From contig NW_027117348.1 in assembly GCF_038025025.1 (NCBI RefSeq), forward strand, positions 744,001 to 808,000: a DNA stretch of 64,000 nucleotides, read 5' to 3'. The notes beneath the pieces were generated by a model. It was not told the DNA's origin and made no database searches. It was given only the letters and a program-made list of their open reading frames with translations. Made by a program: the position numbers and the translations under genes. This document shows, one piece after another, positions 35,401 through 47,965 of this stretch. This DNA is from Phyllosticta citribraziliensis (taxonomy: Eukaryota). Each line of letters opens with the position of its first letter. Positions within the stretch are counted from its first letter, which is position 1.

Positions 35401-35648
35401 TCATCACGCCCGCCATTGAGATCCTCGGCCGCGACATTACCATCCACGTCTGGGAGGAGGCCGTCGAGAAGCCCCCGCCTCGCCGCGCCACGCTTTTCCC
35501 CTTTGCCAAGGACTACCTCGGCGTCGAGGAGTCGGCCGTTGCAGCCGTCACTGGCAACACGACGGCGGCGACGACGGCGGCGCCGAGCGAGAAGGATCGC
35601 CCGCTGAATGAAAAGGGCGGCTACCTGGATGAGCGCAATGTCATTTGA
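32475..35648 (+). CDS. Fusion protein, 1057 aa: signal peptide, GH16-like domain, TM helix, S/T/P-rich linker, AT3 acyltransferase domain
   Basis: Intronless. Signal peptide MLLPKELPSLAGAALVLLLSLSHLSAA. GH16-type motifs DCSCGF, RRDILHGTFRSSM, ELRMDWT..ELRWWVAG and HWSTGN..MEGPP. TM helix PIYISVICVCFSTLLLVHAFLL. AT3 motifs RVDYLAGL..IHF, KRTPRLLIP, GVLWTIAVQLQGS and IYLIHG. Confidence 0.88.
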   Translation: MLLPKELPSLAGAALVLLLSLSHLSAAQSSDCSCGFYDDSTGNLFTESLIQYFNETSDLSEFVIEDFEHKVEKSWNSKYRQGAAADNVVANGTSLNLYCDPSTSQHLVNGASIRSKRRDILHGTFRSSMRGPQSGMGGSSMTMRVLFNETESFEMNMMNTDSYSDAWVNTLMEAEWPDRSLGINYTVLGNSSVTNGTVWPYDFVELRMDWTEKELRWWVAGNNSRNATKKEDGKVPLTPAPLYFRHWSTGNTYTMEGPPYFRSAANVAWFRAFFNSSAMTTEQHEEFDQRCTIQDACSVDDMSLRLISNYSSNSTVKYKHHESKGGLLTAPIYISVICVCFSTLLLVHAFLLRIRSKQTSGHGHGASQPKSDSGSETDRTSSPVPPYQSTEGSFVASSGVTPHQTRPSTPERRMAEGFPRRPELTSYGSSGPSTPLPRYQSTEYMPRYTSTENFGRYDEDVISPVSSTHTLHGTPSTQTLHGAPDSGASSIRNPVVYTNSALVSDYALSGSARDSAQTLVPKTPLSPFSSLPKSPTGQPWSPKSREKVFGEAKVREIHEKEQKEHPLRTTQNAMTDSKVDKIPTAKKQRVDYLAGLVALCSLFVTLIHFHLTYVPAVVIPGAPQHYKSELWAQKLISPFIMNQMWLGVFFTTSTRFLSARYFREGKLDVIAERAVKRTPRLLIPVTAMVLFEYFWIDVGATKYLEYVPSISWSTWAYVSKFPDPGHFISEILELIYLIPNAVPQVTYNYCTGVLWTIAVQLQGSWVVLLGAILIREIKTPWKRFGYYLFCVVNNWYARNWGTFFWLGLMLTDLDITYKWRKFLYPRPAVYYPLITFCVMMTCAGFLMNLLPQWYTWNFSTHENDIHPDQETGKPVGETERGGYPNYYEPRFNMLLFAVGMQAIVELSTVVQKLLSFKLLVWVFPHIFTIYLIHGFIFWSWGSWVLYELAKLSLPYWIMMLVTGLTSYAWIFLSLPIITPAIEILGRDITIHVWEEAVEKPPPRRATLFPFAKDYLGVEESAVAAVTGNTTAATTAAPSEKDRPLNEKGGYLDERNVI

Positions 35649-37042
35649 GTCTGTCAATCTTTCTGGGGGCGGCAAGGGCACGCATATAGACTGGCTTTGG
35701 CGCGGGTAGGCAGGCGTGTCGTCGGTTTTTTTTTTTTTTTTTTTTTTTTTTTCCTCTGTACCGGTATTTGTCTTCTCTCGTCGTGGGCATCGCATCATGC
35801 ATCAGGATTACCCCCTTTAGCCTTGCTCTTTTTTCCACTCGACCGACTGGGGCTGCTGCTTGTCGGCCTTTCGTGTCGGCTGCCCGTCTCATGTATGTAT
35901 CTAAAGCATCTCGTCTATTTGACGCAAAGGATGTGCCTCTTTTTTTTTTTTATCTCTCTTTCCATCAGTAATGTATCTCTCTGCATCTGAGCTTCACTGC
36001 AGCGTTTCTTACTGGCTGCTTGCTGTCGTCGTTTTATCTTTCCCCGTCGTGTTGTCATGCATCCGCTAGGCCTCCTCTTGTCTATTTGTTGATACAAAGG
36101 CTTTTGCCCGGCGAGACTGTCGCTTGGCGAAAGTGATACGTCCATGAATCTACATCCATTCCAATTGCATGCCGCTCTGCTTCCGTTCGTCAAGTCACTG
36201 CTTTTCTGCCCATACACTTTTCAGCGTCCGCATGGGTGCCGACTACTCCCTCTGATCCAGCGAACTACCATTCGACAAACAGATGGATGAAAGTCGTCGA
36301 CGCATAGTCCCACCTCCGCCACACGTACACTGCCTCGATGCCGTTGTCCTTTGCCAATTGGTTGTGAATAGCGAGAGTCGTCGCTCACTCGCTCGCTCGC
36401 TCCCTGTCATTCCATCTCATAGAGACAGACAGACAAACGCTTCTATTGGCGCCTCACAAGTTTGGTTGCCTCCACTGGTACCCATGAGACTGGCTGGACT
36501 CCTGGCAGACGTATACGAACGACGGGAACGAAGCGTGCACGTCTTTATTTTCAGCATGGCCGTATTTCGCACCGCCACCGATCTGACCTGGCCGATCGAC
36601 CGACGGGAGTCTGCCCTGCGCGCTTGCGTCATTTTCACTAGGTGCAGGCAGTCAACACCACCCAGCAGTCTCTCTCCCTCTCTCCCTTTCTCTCTTCAGA
36701 CAGGCAGCCAAAGAGCAATCGAGCCAGCGGGTAAGCGTGCTCCACCCTTTTCCTGCACGCATGTACGTGTGTACGTATGTACGCATGCGCAACACGACGC
36801 GACGCGAGGCTATGCAAATGTACTATGTATGGCATGGCCGTATGTAGTATGTATGCATGCATGCATGCACATCGCCCACCCACCCGCCTACCTACCCGCT
36901 GCAGGCAGGGAGGTTATTCTTAACTCGACCACGGCCATCCAAGAAAGTCTCCACGTAGCCCACAGCCCACAGTTTTTCTCGTCAAGGGTTTGTGGTTGCT
37001 CGCTCCTTGCACGGCCTGTCGTCGACGATACAAAGTAAGGAA

Positions 37043-37081
37043 GTAGGTAGGTAGGTAGGTAGGTAGGTAGGTAGGTAGGTA
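37043..37081. repeat. (GTAG)n microsatellite
   Basis: Read directly, about 9-10 units. Confidence 0.9.
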
Positions 37082-39893
37082 AGTGGGTAGGCAGGTCGGA
37101 ATAAATCTGGAGTGGCAAGACAGGGCAAGACAGGGAGGGCAGACAAACCGAGACAAAAACAGCCGCCTTATACAGCACAGCAGCGCGCCTGGCAACAACC
37201 GCTCCTAAAGCTGACAGACTGAGACAGACAGACAGACAAATATGACGACACCTCCGTTCGCTCGCTCGCTCGCTGGCTCGGCAGTACTGCGACAATGCCC
37301 CAGCAGGCCCGGCGTGGCGTGCCACCAGCTAGGCCGGCCAAACGCGTTTGGGTGGGCAAGGCAGTTCGAAAATAGATCAGGCCCGGTGGCCGCGCTGCGT
37401 GACTGTCTTGCCTGTCTTGTCTTATCCTGTCTTGTCCGTCTGCTTACTACTGTTGGAAGTAGTGGGCAATAAGAGAGCGTGTCGATTGTCGATGCGCCTC
37501 GCGCGTTGACGACGGAAAAGGCGTGCAGTGCGGTGCGGTGCGAGTAAGGCCGTCAGTGTGGCGACGCGAGGCGAGGAGACGCGAGTCGGGTCGAGTCGCC
37601 GCGCTGCGTGCTTAGTCGGCGGTGGATGGTAGTCGGCGGTGAGGTGAACTGAGGTTGTGGAGGAATGCTGTGTGGGTAGTAGGTTGGGAGATGGTTGATC
37701 GTGTATGAGCGAACGGATGGATGGATAAATAGACGAAGGGCAATAATTGGGCATTGCAGTTTAAGGGGATTGTTCGGCGCTGCTTGCTCGATCGCTCGCT
37801 GCTGTATATCATGGGGCATATGAGAACATCTTTCGGTATACAGACCTGTTTTCGTCGACACTCGTGGCCTCCTTTACCGCCTGCCGGTGTCTTCTATTTA
37901 CGACTTTTGGTCAGTCCTGTTGCGCGCACCAGTGAGAGTGAGAACATTCCGGCTCGTGATGAGAGAGACATAGTTCACAGTATCGCGGAACTTTTTTGAT
38001 CGACTCGTCTAATTCGGGTTCGCGAGCCTTGTTTGTGAAAAATGACCTTTGGAGTTGTGTCTTTCAGGAAGAGGTTGTTGGCAAGAGTAGCGGATTCTTG
38101 GCCGTGAAGACGGATATGCGTGATAGAGTCTAGTGAGCTTCCTGCTAGTGTGCAATGCCACAGGTAAAGATGTCCCTAGGATCTGGCCCGAGGAATTCGA
38201 CAGAACATTTGCACGAAGATGCCACCGACAGCTTGTTTTTTTTTTTTTTTTTAACTTTTGCCCTGTACGGGAAGTAGACACGTACCGAAGATTCCAGCTC
38301 TCCGAAAATTTTTGTGGAAGTTGAACGAGAGAAGACGCATGCGCTCGAAAGACAAAAGGGGCAAGAGACAAAGGACAGTGGACCGGGACAGTCCTCACTA
38401 CTACATCTGCCGCGGAAGTCCAGTCCGGACACAGGCCTTGATTGGCGGGGAGCGGACAGCATGTAGAGCAAAAGAGGCAATCACTGTCAAGATGTTGGCC
38501 ATTGAATGCGTCATTAAAGCAGATGAATGACACGGCTGGAAGACTGTGTAGAGAATGAAAGAGATCTAAACTCGTAAGGTCCATCCACTTAGGGATCCGG
38601 AGAAATGAAAGCTTAGAATAACAAAAATGAGAAAATCGAGCGTCAAGAGTCACGAAACCCGAAGTTTCAGTAGGCTCTTGCATGCTCGCCAGCCAGAAGG
38701 CTACAGCGGCCTCTTCGCGACCTCCTCTAGTGCAGGATTTCTGTCATTCTTTGGGCTGTTCCGTGAATCAGATTGGGTCATCGTTGACGACTGGATACAG
38801 CTGTCGGTGCTCTCTCGAGGCCGGTCTCGTTGGTAGAGCCTGCTACGGGTGCGCGGATTGCGACGCGCAGACGGCCGCATCTATCAGACACATGCTGGAG
38901 GAAGATCCGTGAGCATTTCAAACAACCGCATCCTCTTTAGAGTAAGCACTTGATTCAACATCTTTCCTACTCTTGCGATCTCGACCAGCCCCCTTCTACA
39001 TCTAAAGGTTGGTAGTCAGGTCGAATGCTCCCCGTTCGCAGCTCATTCAACACGGTTTCATTCCATGGCTCTTTGCAGCAAGCCGTAGACATGAAGTCGA
39101 ACTGACGAAAGGAGAAGGAGAGAGAAGAAAAAGACAAGGGAAAAACTCAAGACATGCATGCGTCAGTCCTCGACATCCGCACAAGAGATTTTGGACGTAT
39201 CCTGAATCTGTCGTCACTGTCCATAGAGAGAAAACGCAAGCCTAGACTGCAGGCAAGTCCCAAGATTTGAGCCAATCTGTAGCCACCATCGGTACTCATC
39301 GTAGAGCTCTATAATGCAGACCCTGCATGTCCATTGGATTTTCTCGAGGAGATTGCTCGGAAGATGTTTGGTCCAGAGATGGAGTGCATTCAAGGTTTAC
39401 CGGAGGGCGGAGGAACACACTAGCGTTCCAAGCAACAGTAACAGCTTGATTACCGCTTACCCGGTTCCACTACTGGTTGGGAGGCCGTGGTTGGATGAAA
39501 GCCCAGTGATGGTGACGGCGTTGAACTGGTCGGGTCCCATGTTGAGAGGACGCCATCGCGTTGGAGGGACCAAGGTATGAGGCGGCAATGGAGTAGTGAA
39601 ACTCGCTTGATGACGGAGGCGTTGGGCACAAGCAAAGTGCCGACAAGTCTTGCTCTGCCAGCGTCAGTGATGGTCAGGAGTACTGAAGAATGCGGCTCGG
39701 TCGGGCGGCGAGCAACGGGCGTGGCCGCGATCAGTTGCCGAGTGGTGGCCGAAAGCGTCCCGGGGCATGCGCTGCGCTTGGCTGCCCAGCTTTTGCACTG
39801 CACACCTTCAAACCTGCTATCAATCTCCGCCGCATCAATCACGCCCGCTTCTCCTCCAGCACCTTTTCACCTCCCGCCCTATACCATCTCAAA

Positions 39894-41187
39894 ATGCTGG
39901 CTCGGAGCTCTCACCGGACGGCCCAGGTTAGCCTGCCATTCCGCCGCCGCCGCGCGAATCAAATGCTGACGCGCAGCCTTTCTTCAGACCCTCCTGCGGG
40001 GTGCCACGCCGGCCACGCGCACCTTTGCTACCGTCCAGTCCGACATCTTCAAGCCCACCAAGTTCGGCGGCAAGTACACGGTCACCCTGATTCCCGGTGA
40101 CGGTGTTGGTGCCGAGGTCTCCGAGTCGGTCAAGCAGATCTTCAAGGCCGACAATGTGCCCATTGAGTGGGAGCAGGTCGATGTGAGCGGCATGGACTCT
40201 GGCAACAAGCAGACCGAGGAGCTCTTCAGGGAGTCGATTGCCTCGCTGAAGCGCAACAAGCTGGGTCTCAAGGGTATGCGCCCCCACGGGCGAACGGAAC
40301 AAGCAAACGCTCAGACACTGCTCTAGGTATCCTCCACACTCCCGTCGAGCGCTCCGGCCACCAGTCTTTCAACGTTGCCCTGCGCCAGGAGCTCGACATC
40401 TACGCCTCGATTGTCCTGATCAAGAACATCCCCGGCTACGAGACCCGCCACAAGAATGTCGACCTTTGCATCATCCGTGAGAACACCGAGGGCGAGTATT
40501 CTGGCCTCGAGCACCAGTCTGTCCCCGGCGTCGTCGAGTCCCTCAAGATCATCACCAGGGCCAAGTCTGAGCGCATTGCCAAGTTTGCCTTTGCCTTTGC
40601 GCTGGCCAACAACAGGAAGAAGGTCACCGTCGTCCACAAGGCCAACATCATGAAGCTCGCCGACGGTCTCTTCCGCAACACCTTCAAGAAGGTCGCCGAG
40701 GACTACCCCACCCTCGAGACCAACGACATGATTGTCGACAACGCCTCGATGCAGTGCGTTGCCCGCCCCCAGCAGTTTGACGTCATGGTCATGCCCAACC
40801 TGTACGGCGGTATCCTGTCCAACATTGGCGCCGGTCTCGTCGGAGGCCCCGGTATCGTCCCTGGTTGCAACATGGGCCGCGAGGTTGCCGTCTTCGAGCC
40901 CGGCTGCCGTCACGTCGGTCTCGACATCAAGGGCAAGGACCAGGCCAACCCTACCGCTATGATCCTGTCTGGCTCCATGCTCCTGAGGCACCTTGGTCTT
41001 GACGACCACGCCAACCGCATCTCCAAGGCCGTTTACGATGTCATTGCCGAGGGGTAAGTTTTTTCATTGACATTTACCAAACGCCTGCTAACAGTCCGAC
41101 AGTAAGACGAGGACGCACGACATGGGCGGCAACGCCTCGTCGCAAGAGTACACGCGCGCCATCCTGGCCCAGATGGAGAAGCAATAA
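39894..41187 (+). CDS. IDH1: Mitochondrial NAD-dependent isocitrate dehydrogenase subunit 1
   Basis: Presequence, then KFGGKYTVTLIPGDGVG, IIRENTEGEYSGLEHQS, HKANIMKLADG and FEPGCRHVGLDIKG. Introns 39927..39987, 40274..40326 and 41054..41102. Confidence 0.96.
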
Positions 41188-41394
41188 GCATGTGCAACTG
41201 ACCCGATAGACCAACAAAACTAGAAGTTAAGCATGGCGGGCTTTTGGAAAGGTTGTACTTATAGCCGTAAATAGCTTGCTTTCCTTGCGTATGATATCAA
41301 TCCCATTATTCCCTGACGCCATTCCCAACGCCAATCAATGCACTCGGGTATAGCTCGTGCGCCACGAGTAAGCAGTCCTCCAGAGCATCCGGAT

Positions 41395-42274
41395 CTAAAA
41401 AGCAGTCTTTCTCCTCCTGCCCGTGTATTTGGAGCTGGCCTTGACAACCTTTCCTTTCCGCTCCATCTGGTCCTTTTTCTTCATGATCCAAGCCTTGCTG
41501 CCCTTCTTCGACTCTGCCTTCTTTTGTTGCCGCTTTCTCATCTCAACAACATCTACGTTGCTCATTCCCTTGACGACACCAGTAATGTCGCCCTCCAGCT
41601 CACCACCACCGACGGTCAGGACAAGGTACACTTTGACGCTCTTGGTGCCGGGGTCGTCCTCGAGCAGACCAGCGCCAAACCCTGCCTTCATGGCGGCCTC
41701 GGCAATCATCTTCTTTTGCTGGTCGTTCTTGGGGTAGAATTGGCACACAGCCCGGCCACCTCTGCGCAGACTTGCGTACAGTCCATTGAAGAATCGGGAT
41801 AGCCGACCGAGGGCAGTCTCATCGGCGCTCTCCGCGTTGCACAGCCATTGCACCGCACTGATGCTGATTGCCGCGTCAAAAGTACCCGCCCTGAACGGAA
41901 CGCCCTGGCCTGCGTCTGCGAGGAAGAGGTCGCCCTCGACTTCGCGCTCCAGCGCCACGCCCAGCATGCTGCCCGAAATGTCCATGCCAACCCACGTGTG
42001 TGGGCCGCCTTCGTCGGGCTCCACGGCGGAAAGGATTTGTCCAGAGAGGCCGGAGCCACAGCCAACGTCGAGAATGAGGGATGGGTGCTTGAGGTCTAGC
42101 AGCTCGAGGGCGCGGGTCGTCATTTTGGCCTGGATGTTTTGGATACGTGACGACGTTGTGTACTTCTTGGACTCGAGGTCATTGTAGAAGAGGTCTGGCG
42201 GGCTTGCAGAGGGTCAGAATGGTGTGTCGGAGTGCGCAGCGGAAGTCTTACAGAATGTCTTCGGGGCGCGACAT
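41395..42274 (-). CDS. BUD23: 18S rRNA (guanine-N7) methyltransferase Bud23
   Basis: Motifs MSRPEDILPPDLFYND, ILDVGCGSGLSG, ISISAVQWLCNA and C-terminal SKYTGRRRK. Intron 42203..42251. Confidence 0.95.
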
Positions 42275-42568
42275 GTTTACGGTGGGCGATTCGAGCGTCG
42301 GAGTAGGATTTCCACGGTGCGGCAGAAGAGGCGATTTGAGTGCAACAGCGCGACAGGCCCGAGAGTCTGTGAATAGCACGAGTGCGGAGTGATGGTGGGC
42401 CCCGAAAGTTTTGGGAGTTGGAATGATTCGCAAAGTCTGGATAAAGATAGTGCACTGACTCGGTGCGGTGGCTTCCGCTTCCTTGCGACGTCAGACTCGC
42501 TTCCGACAGTGAAGGCCACCTTTTTCCATCTCTCCCTCCTCCTTCCCAACACGCCCTCAGCATCAACC

Positions 42569-43389
<821 letters not shown>

Positions 43390-43796
43390 GGTATGGATTC
43401 AAAAAGTCTCGAGCTCACGCGCAATGTATACTTTGTAATTTGGCTACCGCCTGTTTCTTGGTCCGGCTGTGGAGCTCGTGGTAGCGTTCTTGACTACTCC
43501 TAGGATTATGGCTAATGATAGGGTCCAATTGGCAAATTCAAAAGGGCTCTGCACTTGACTGCTCCCTGGCTGCATGCGAGTTCCAGACTTGGAGTGGGAC
43601 CGTGGGACCTCTGGGCTTGGCGGCGGGGCGGGACGCTTCCGCTCTCCACGCGCATCCCACTTTCGTCATTTACGCTTTTCAACAGCCTCAGCGAAACTCT
43701 ATGATTTCCGACCCCTCCGTTCCAATTTAACTTGCTTCTCAGAACTCCGTCTGCAACTCGTCCGCAAAGGACGTAGTCTCTCCTTCAACCACCACC

Positions 43797-45099
43797 ATGC
43801 GCGCCAGTTTGCTTGCTGCTGCCGTTTCTCTCTTCGCTGCCGTCGTCCCAGCGGCGCAGGTTGCATTTCCAAACACTTTTCAAGTATCCGAGCACAAGGA
43901 GCAAGATCACCTGTTGCCGCTACCTACCCTTCACGAGCTCCTGATTCTCCACCGAGAGCTCATCAAGATCCCTTCTCTGACCTACTACGAGTATGGGGTC
44001 GGATGGTGGCTTGTTTCTTATCTTCGCGAAGCCGGATGGAACGTCGAGACTCAGAGGGTCAAGTGCCACAACCCGCGCGACGATCGATTCAACATTCTTG
44101 CATGGCCAGGAAAGACTAAGCACACCAGGATCTTGCTAACCACCCACTATGACACTGTAAGTTGGGCTCAGCTTCCCCGCGAGGCGTTCGGTCGTTGAAG
44201 TTCAACAGGTCCCGCCTTTCATCCCATACTCCTTCGATACTTCCAAGGGTCTCATCTACGGTCGCGGCAGTGTCGATGCCAAGGGTGCTCTCGCCGCACA
44301 GATCATTGCAGCCATAGATCTCCTCGGGAAGAAGGACAATCCCATTGACGGGGATGACATCTCGCTTCTGTTCGTCGTTGGCGAAGAGACCGGCGGCGAT
44401 GGCATGCGTTCGTTTTCCGAATCCGACTTGAACCCAGGCAACTACAGCGCCGTCATCTTTGGCGAGCCTACCGAGAACAAGCTTGCCAGCGGACACAAGG
44501 GCAGCTTTGGATTCGAGCTCAAGGTGACCGGCAAGGAGGCACACAGCGGCTACCCGTGGCTGGGAATGTCTGCCAACAACGTGCTCGTGGCTGCCCTGGC
44601 GAAGCTCATGGCCCTGGAAGCGGGCGAAGTCAAGGGCTTGCACCTCCCGTGGAGCGACAAGTACGGCAACACGACGCTCAACATTGGCACCATCCAAGGC
44701 GGCGTCGCCAACAACGTCGTCGCAAAGAACGCGACGGCCTTCATTTCAGGCAGGTTGGCCGCAGGAACCCCCGAGGACGTCCAGTCCACCATCACCGCTG
44801 CTCTGGCACCCTTTGTCAATGCGGTCGAGGACAAGGGCGGTAAGCTCGAAATTGACTTTGGACGCGAAGGCTACGGTCCCGTCGACGCCAACTGCGGCAT
44901 CCAAGGCTTCGAGTGCATCCCGGTCAACTACGGTACCGACATTCAGTTCCTGAAGGGCGACCACAAGAGATATCTGTACGGGCCCGGCAGTATTCACGTG
45001 GCGCATTCGGATAATGAGTCTGTTAGCGTGTGGGACTTGGAGAAGGCAGTGATTGACTACCAGAAGTTGGTGTTGGCGTCTTACTGGCGCGAGAAATGA
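43797..45099 (+). CDS. Secreted peptidase M20 family metallo-carboxypeptidase/deacylase
   Basis: Signal peptide, then THYDTVPP, GRGSVDAKG, GEETGG, FGEPT and GPGSIHVAHS. Intron 44157..44208. Confidence 0.9.
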
Positions 45100-45737
45100 G
45101 CGTAGTCACTGACGGGCCAGATTGGTGGAGGGTCTTTTGCAGGCGTTTGAATATCTTAGATTGAAGTCAGTCGGGACTTGACCTGGCGTCTGCTGCGGCG
45201 ATATCAGGTGGTTTGGTGTTTCGGGGGGGAAATTTCAACATCTTTATCTCTCGTGCCTTTTGATCGAATAAGTCAAGAATGCCACCTAAATCCAGCGCAG
45301 TCCAGTATCTCATCCGGAAGGCGTGGACGCATGACACGAAAACGCGTTGAATTTAGCACCGAGTCAAGCTCTGCCCGTCCGCAAGATCGACTGACTCGCG
45401 CACCCTGCGTTTTTCCTGCGGTGCCTGCACCTCACTACTCAACATCCCAGATTGAAGCTACAAGAAGATCGCACGCCGACAGGATTTTTTCGACCGGATT
45501 TGGCCAGATTCCCTTTTATCGTCACGCTTGTTGCAATAGGCCATTGCGCTCCTCGATCGCCCGCCAGCGAGCCCGCTTGCAAACCAACTCCGAACGACGC
45601 GCTCAACATCGACACCACCAGCAGAGCTAGACCGAAGCACGACGGCATAGAACAAACGAGCCACGCCAGCCGATCTGCTCGTGCTCCTCCCGTTCAATCG
45701 ATCGGCTTCCGAAAAGGAAGAAAGGACAGAAGGAAAA

Positions 45738-46591
45738 ATGCCACCATCAAACAAACGGCAGCGCGTGTCGAAGACGGAAGAAATCACCTTCGACGAGGCC
45801 GCGCGCGCCGAGTGGCTGACGGGCTTCTCGAAGCGCAAGGCGGCGCGGGCCAAGGCGGCGCAGGAAGCCGCGGCTGCGCGCGACAAGATCGAGAAGAGGG
45901 AGGCGAAGGCTGAGGTGCGCTGCCTTTTTTTCTTTTTTCTTTTCTTTCTCCCTTACTCAAGCCGACGGGGTTGTTTTCGTCTCAGTCAAAGCATATGTAT
46001 TTGTTGCACGTGTATAATGTATGCTAACGTCTACCCTTTTCTCCACAGCTGCGCAAACAACGCAAGGAAGACCTCGAGCGGCACATTTCCGAAGTCAAGA
46101 CGGCCATGCGGCAGATGAACCCCGACCTGGCGACATCCTCTTCCGACGAAGACGACGAGGACGCAGACGACCACGAAGGCGAAGACGCCGAGTGGAACGG
46201 CATACAAGATGAGCAGGCCGACGCCGTCGTCGATCGCGAGGACGAGTACGTCGACGAGGACAAGTACACGACGGTGACGGTCGAGACGGTCGACGTGGGG
46301 CGCGAGGGCTTCACGAAGCGCAAGGCGCCAGACGATGAGGAGGACGAGGCATCAGGCGATGGGGAGAGCGGGGGTGAAGAGGCGGGCGAGGAAGAGCAAA
46401 AGGGCGCAGCAGCGGCAAAGACGAAAGACGGCAAGAGGGTGTGGACAAAGGAGAAGCCCAAGACGGACAAGCCCAAGAAGAAGAAGAAGAAGTTTAGGTA
46501 CGAGTCCAAGTCCGACAGAAAAGTAACGCAGGCAAAGGTCAAGGCGAAGAAGAGGGCTCAGGGCGAAAAGTTCAAGGCGCGAAGAGCGTAG
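45738..46591 (+). CDS. RRP17: Ribosomal RNA-processing protein Rrp17/Nop25 family
   Basis: Motifs EEITFDEAARAEWLTGFSKRK, YVDEDKYTTVTVE and KKKKKFRYESK. Intron 45915..46048. Confidence 0.88.
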
Positions 46592-46910
46592 GTATTTTTG
46601 TTGTAATCATAATGGAGCGCATTGAATGGACACCCCCTGATTGGGCGATCAACACCCCCTATGACCTCATTGACAAAAAATCATGTACATCACTGCAGTC
46701 AGTGCCCTGGGACCAATACATCAGGGGGCAGAAAAGGTTGCTATGTCACCGAGGACAACTACCAACAGGAAATGTCAGGGCCAGCACCCCATCCATGGCC
46801 CTGTACCGGTACCGCACGCCTGCAATGTTCTACCGGAAAGAACAGCACTTTGCCAACCACTAAAGCCTGGAAGAAAGGGAGAAGGAAACAGCTTTGGAGA
46901 GCGCGAGGGC

Positions 46911-47648
46911 TTAGATGTTGCCAATCTCGTTGACAAAGTCGTCCAGCTCCTTCTTGGTGTCGGCGTACTTCTTGGCCATCTCCTCGTACTTGGCCTCCCA
47001 CTGGTCCCGCTCGGCCTCGAGGGCCTGCACCTTGCGCTCGTAGTGACCTGCCCGCACGTCGGTCTGGCGGAGCCTGGAGAGGGGACGACTGTCAGCCATG
47101 TTTCAAACGAGAGCCGGTTGGACAGCGGCGGGCCGTTTCCGAAACGACTCGCAATCGACGCACGGGAAATAGAAACGGTTCATGGGGAGAAAAGTGACAT
47201 ACTTCTCGTTGACCTCGCGCAGGTTCTTATCCGCTTCCTCGGCCTCCTCCTCGAGCAGCTGCAGCCTCCGGGTGAGCGACTCGTTGTGGGTGCCGGCCTG
47301 GGTGCTCTCCTCGGCCAGAGACTTGGCGTCCTTGAGGCCCGTTTCGAGCTTCTCCACCTCGGCCTCCAGAAGCTGGTTCTTGTGGGTGAGGGATGTGATT
47401 TCTTGCTCCTTGGCCAGGTTCTCCTGCTCCAGGCGCTTCTTGTCGGCGGCGAGCTCCTCAACCTTGGCGGCGGACTCGTCGGCCTCGATGCGGAGGGCGT
47501 TCATGCGCTGGAAGAGGGGAAAGATGCATTAGCACGGGGCTGCAGGCGCGGGTGGGAGTAGTGGTTGCGGTGGCGTCGAGTAAAGGCGACGTGATGACAG
47601 GGACCCTGGAGGGGTAGTTGAGGGGCTCACCTTCTTGATGGCGTCCAT
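46911..47648 (-). CDS. TPM1: Tropomyosin (Tpm1/Cdc8-like), 161 aa
   Basis: Starts MDAIKKRMNALRIEAD and is coiled coil. Introns 47508..47630 and 47074..47202 give exactly 486 nt. Confidence 0.95.
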
Positions 47649-47908
47649 GGCGGGCTGTGTGGATCGGGGGTAAGATGCGAAGCTGGAGAGATGGAGGCGG
47701 GAGTAGAATTGAGGGTGGCTTGTCGCGTGGAAACAAAAGGTGATGTTGGAGTGAGGGTGTGATGGGAGATGTCGAAAGGCAGCCGTTGGCGGTGACCTGG
47801 AGGTGTTGGTGGGCTGGAGCGCGACAGGGGCTGCAGCTGCTGGCCCGTCCGCCAATCCCTGCTCCCGCCGAGACCTGCCCGTCTCCGTCGCAACCACGCC
47901 CGCCCAAG

Positions 47909-47917
47909 GTAAACAAA
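47909..47917 (+). promoter_or_regulatory. Forkhead-type site GTAAACAAA
   Basis: Exact match to the fungal Fkh consensus, about 50 bp upstream of the ATG at 47966. Confidence 0.45.
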
Positions 47918-47965
47918 ACCATCTCGCTCCACTTCATCCATGACGCCGACGCATCACCATCCACC

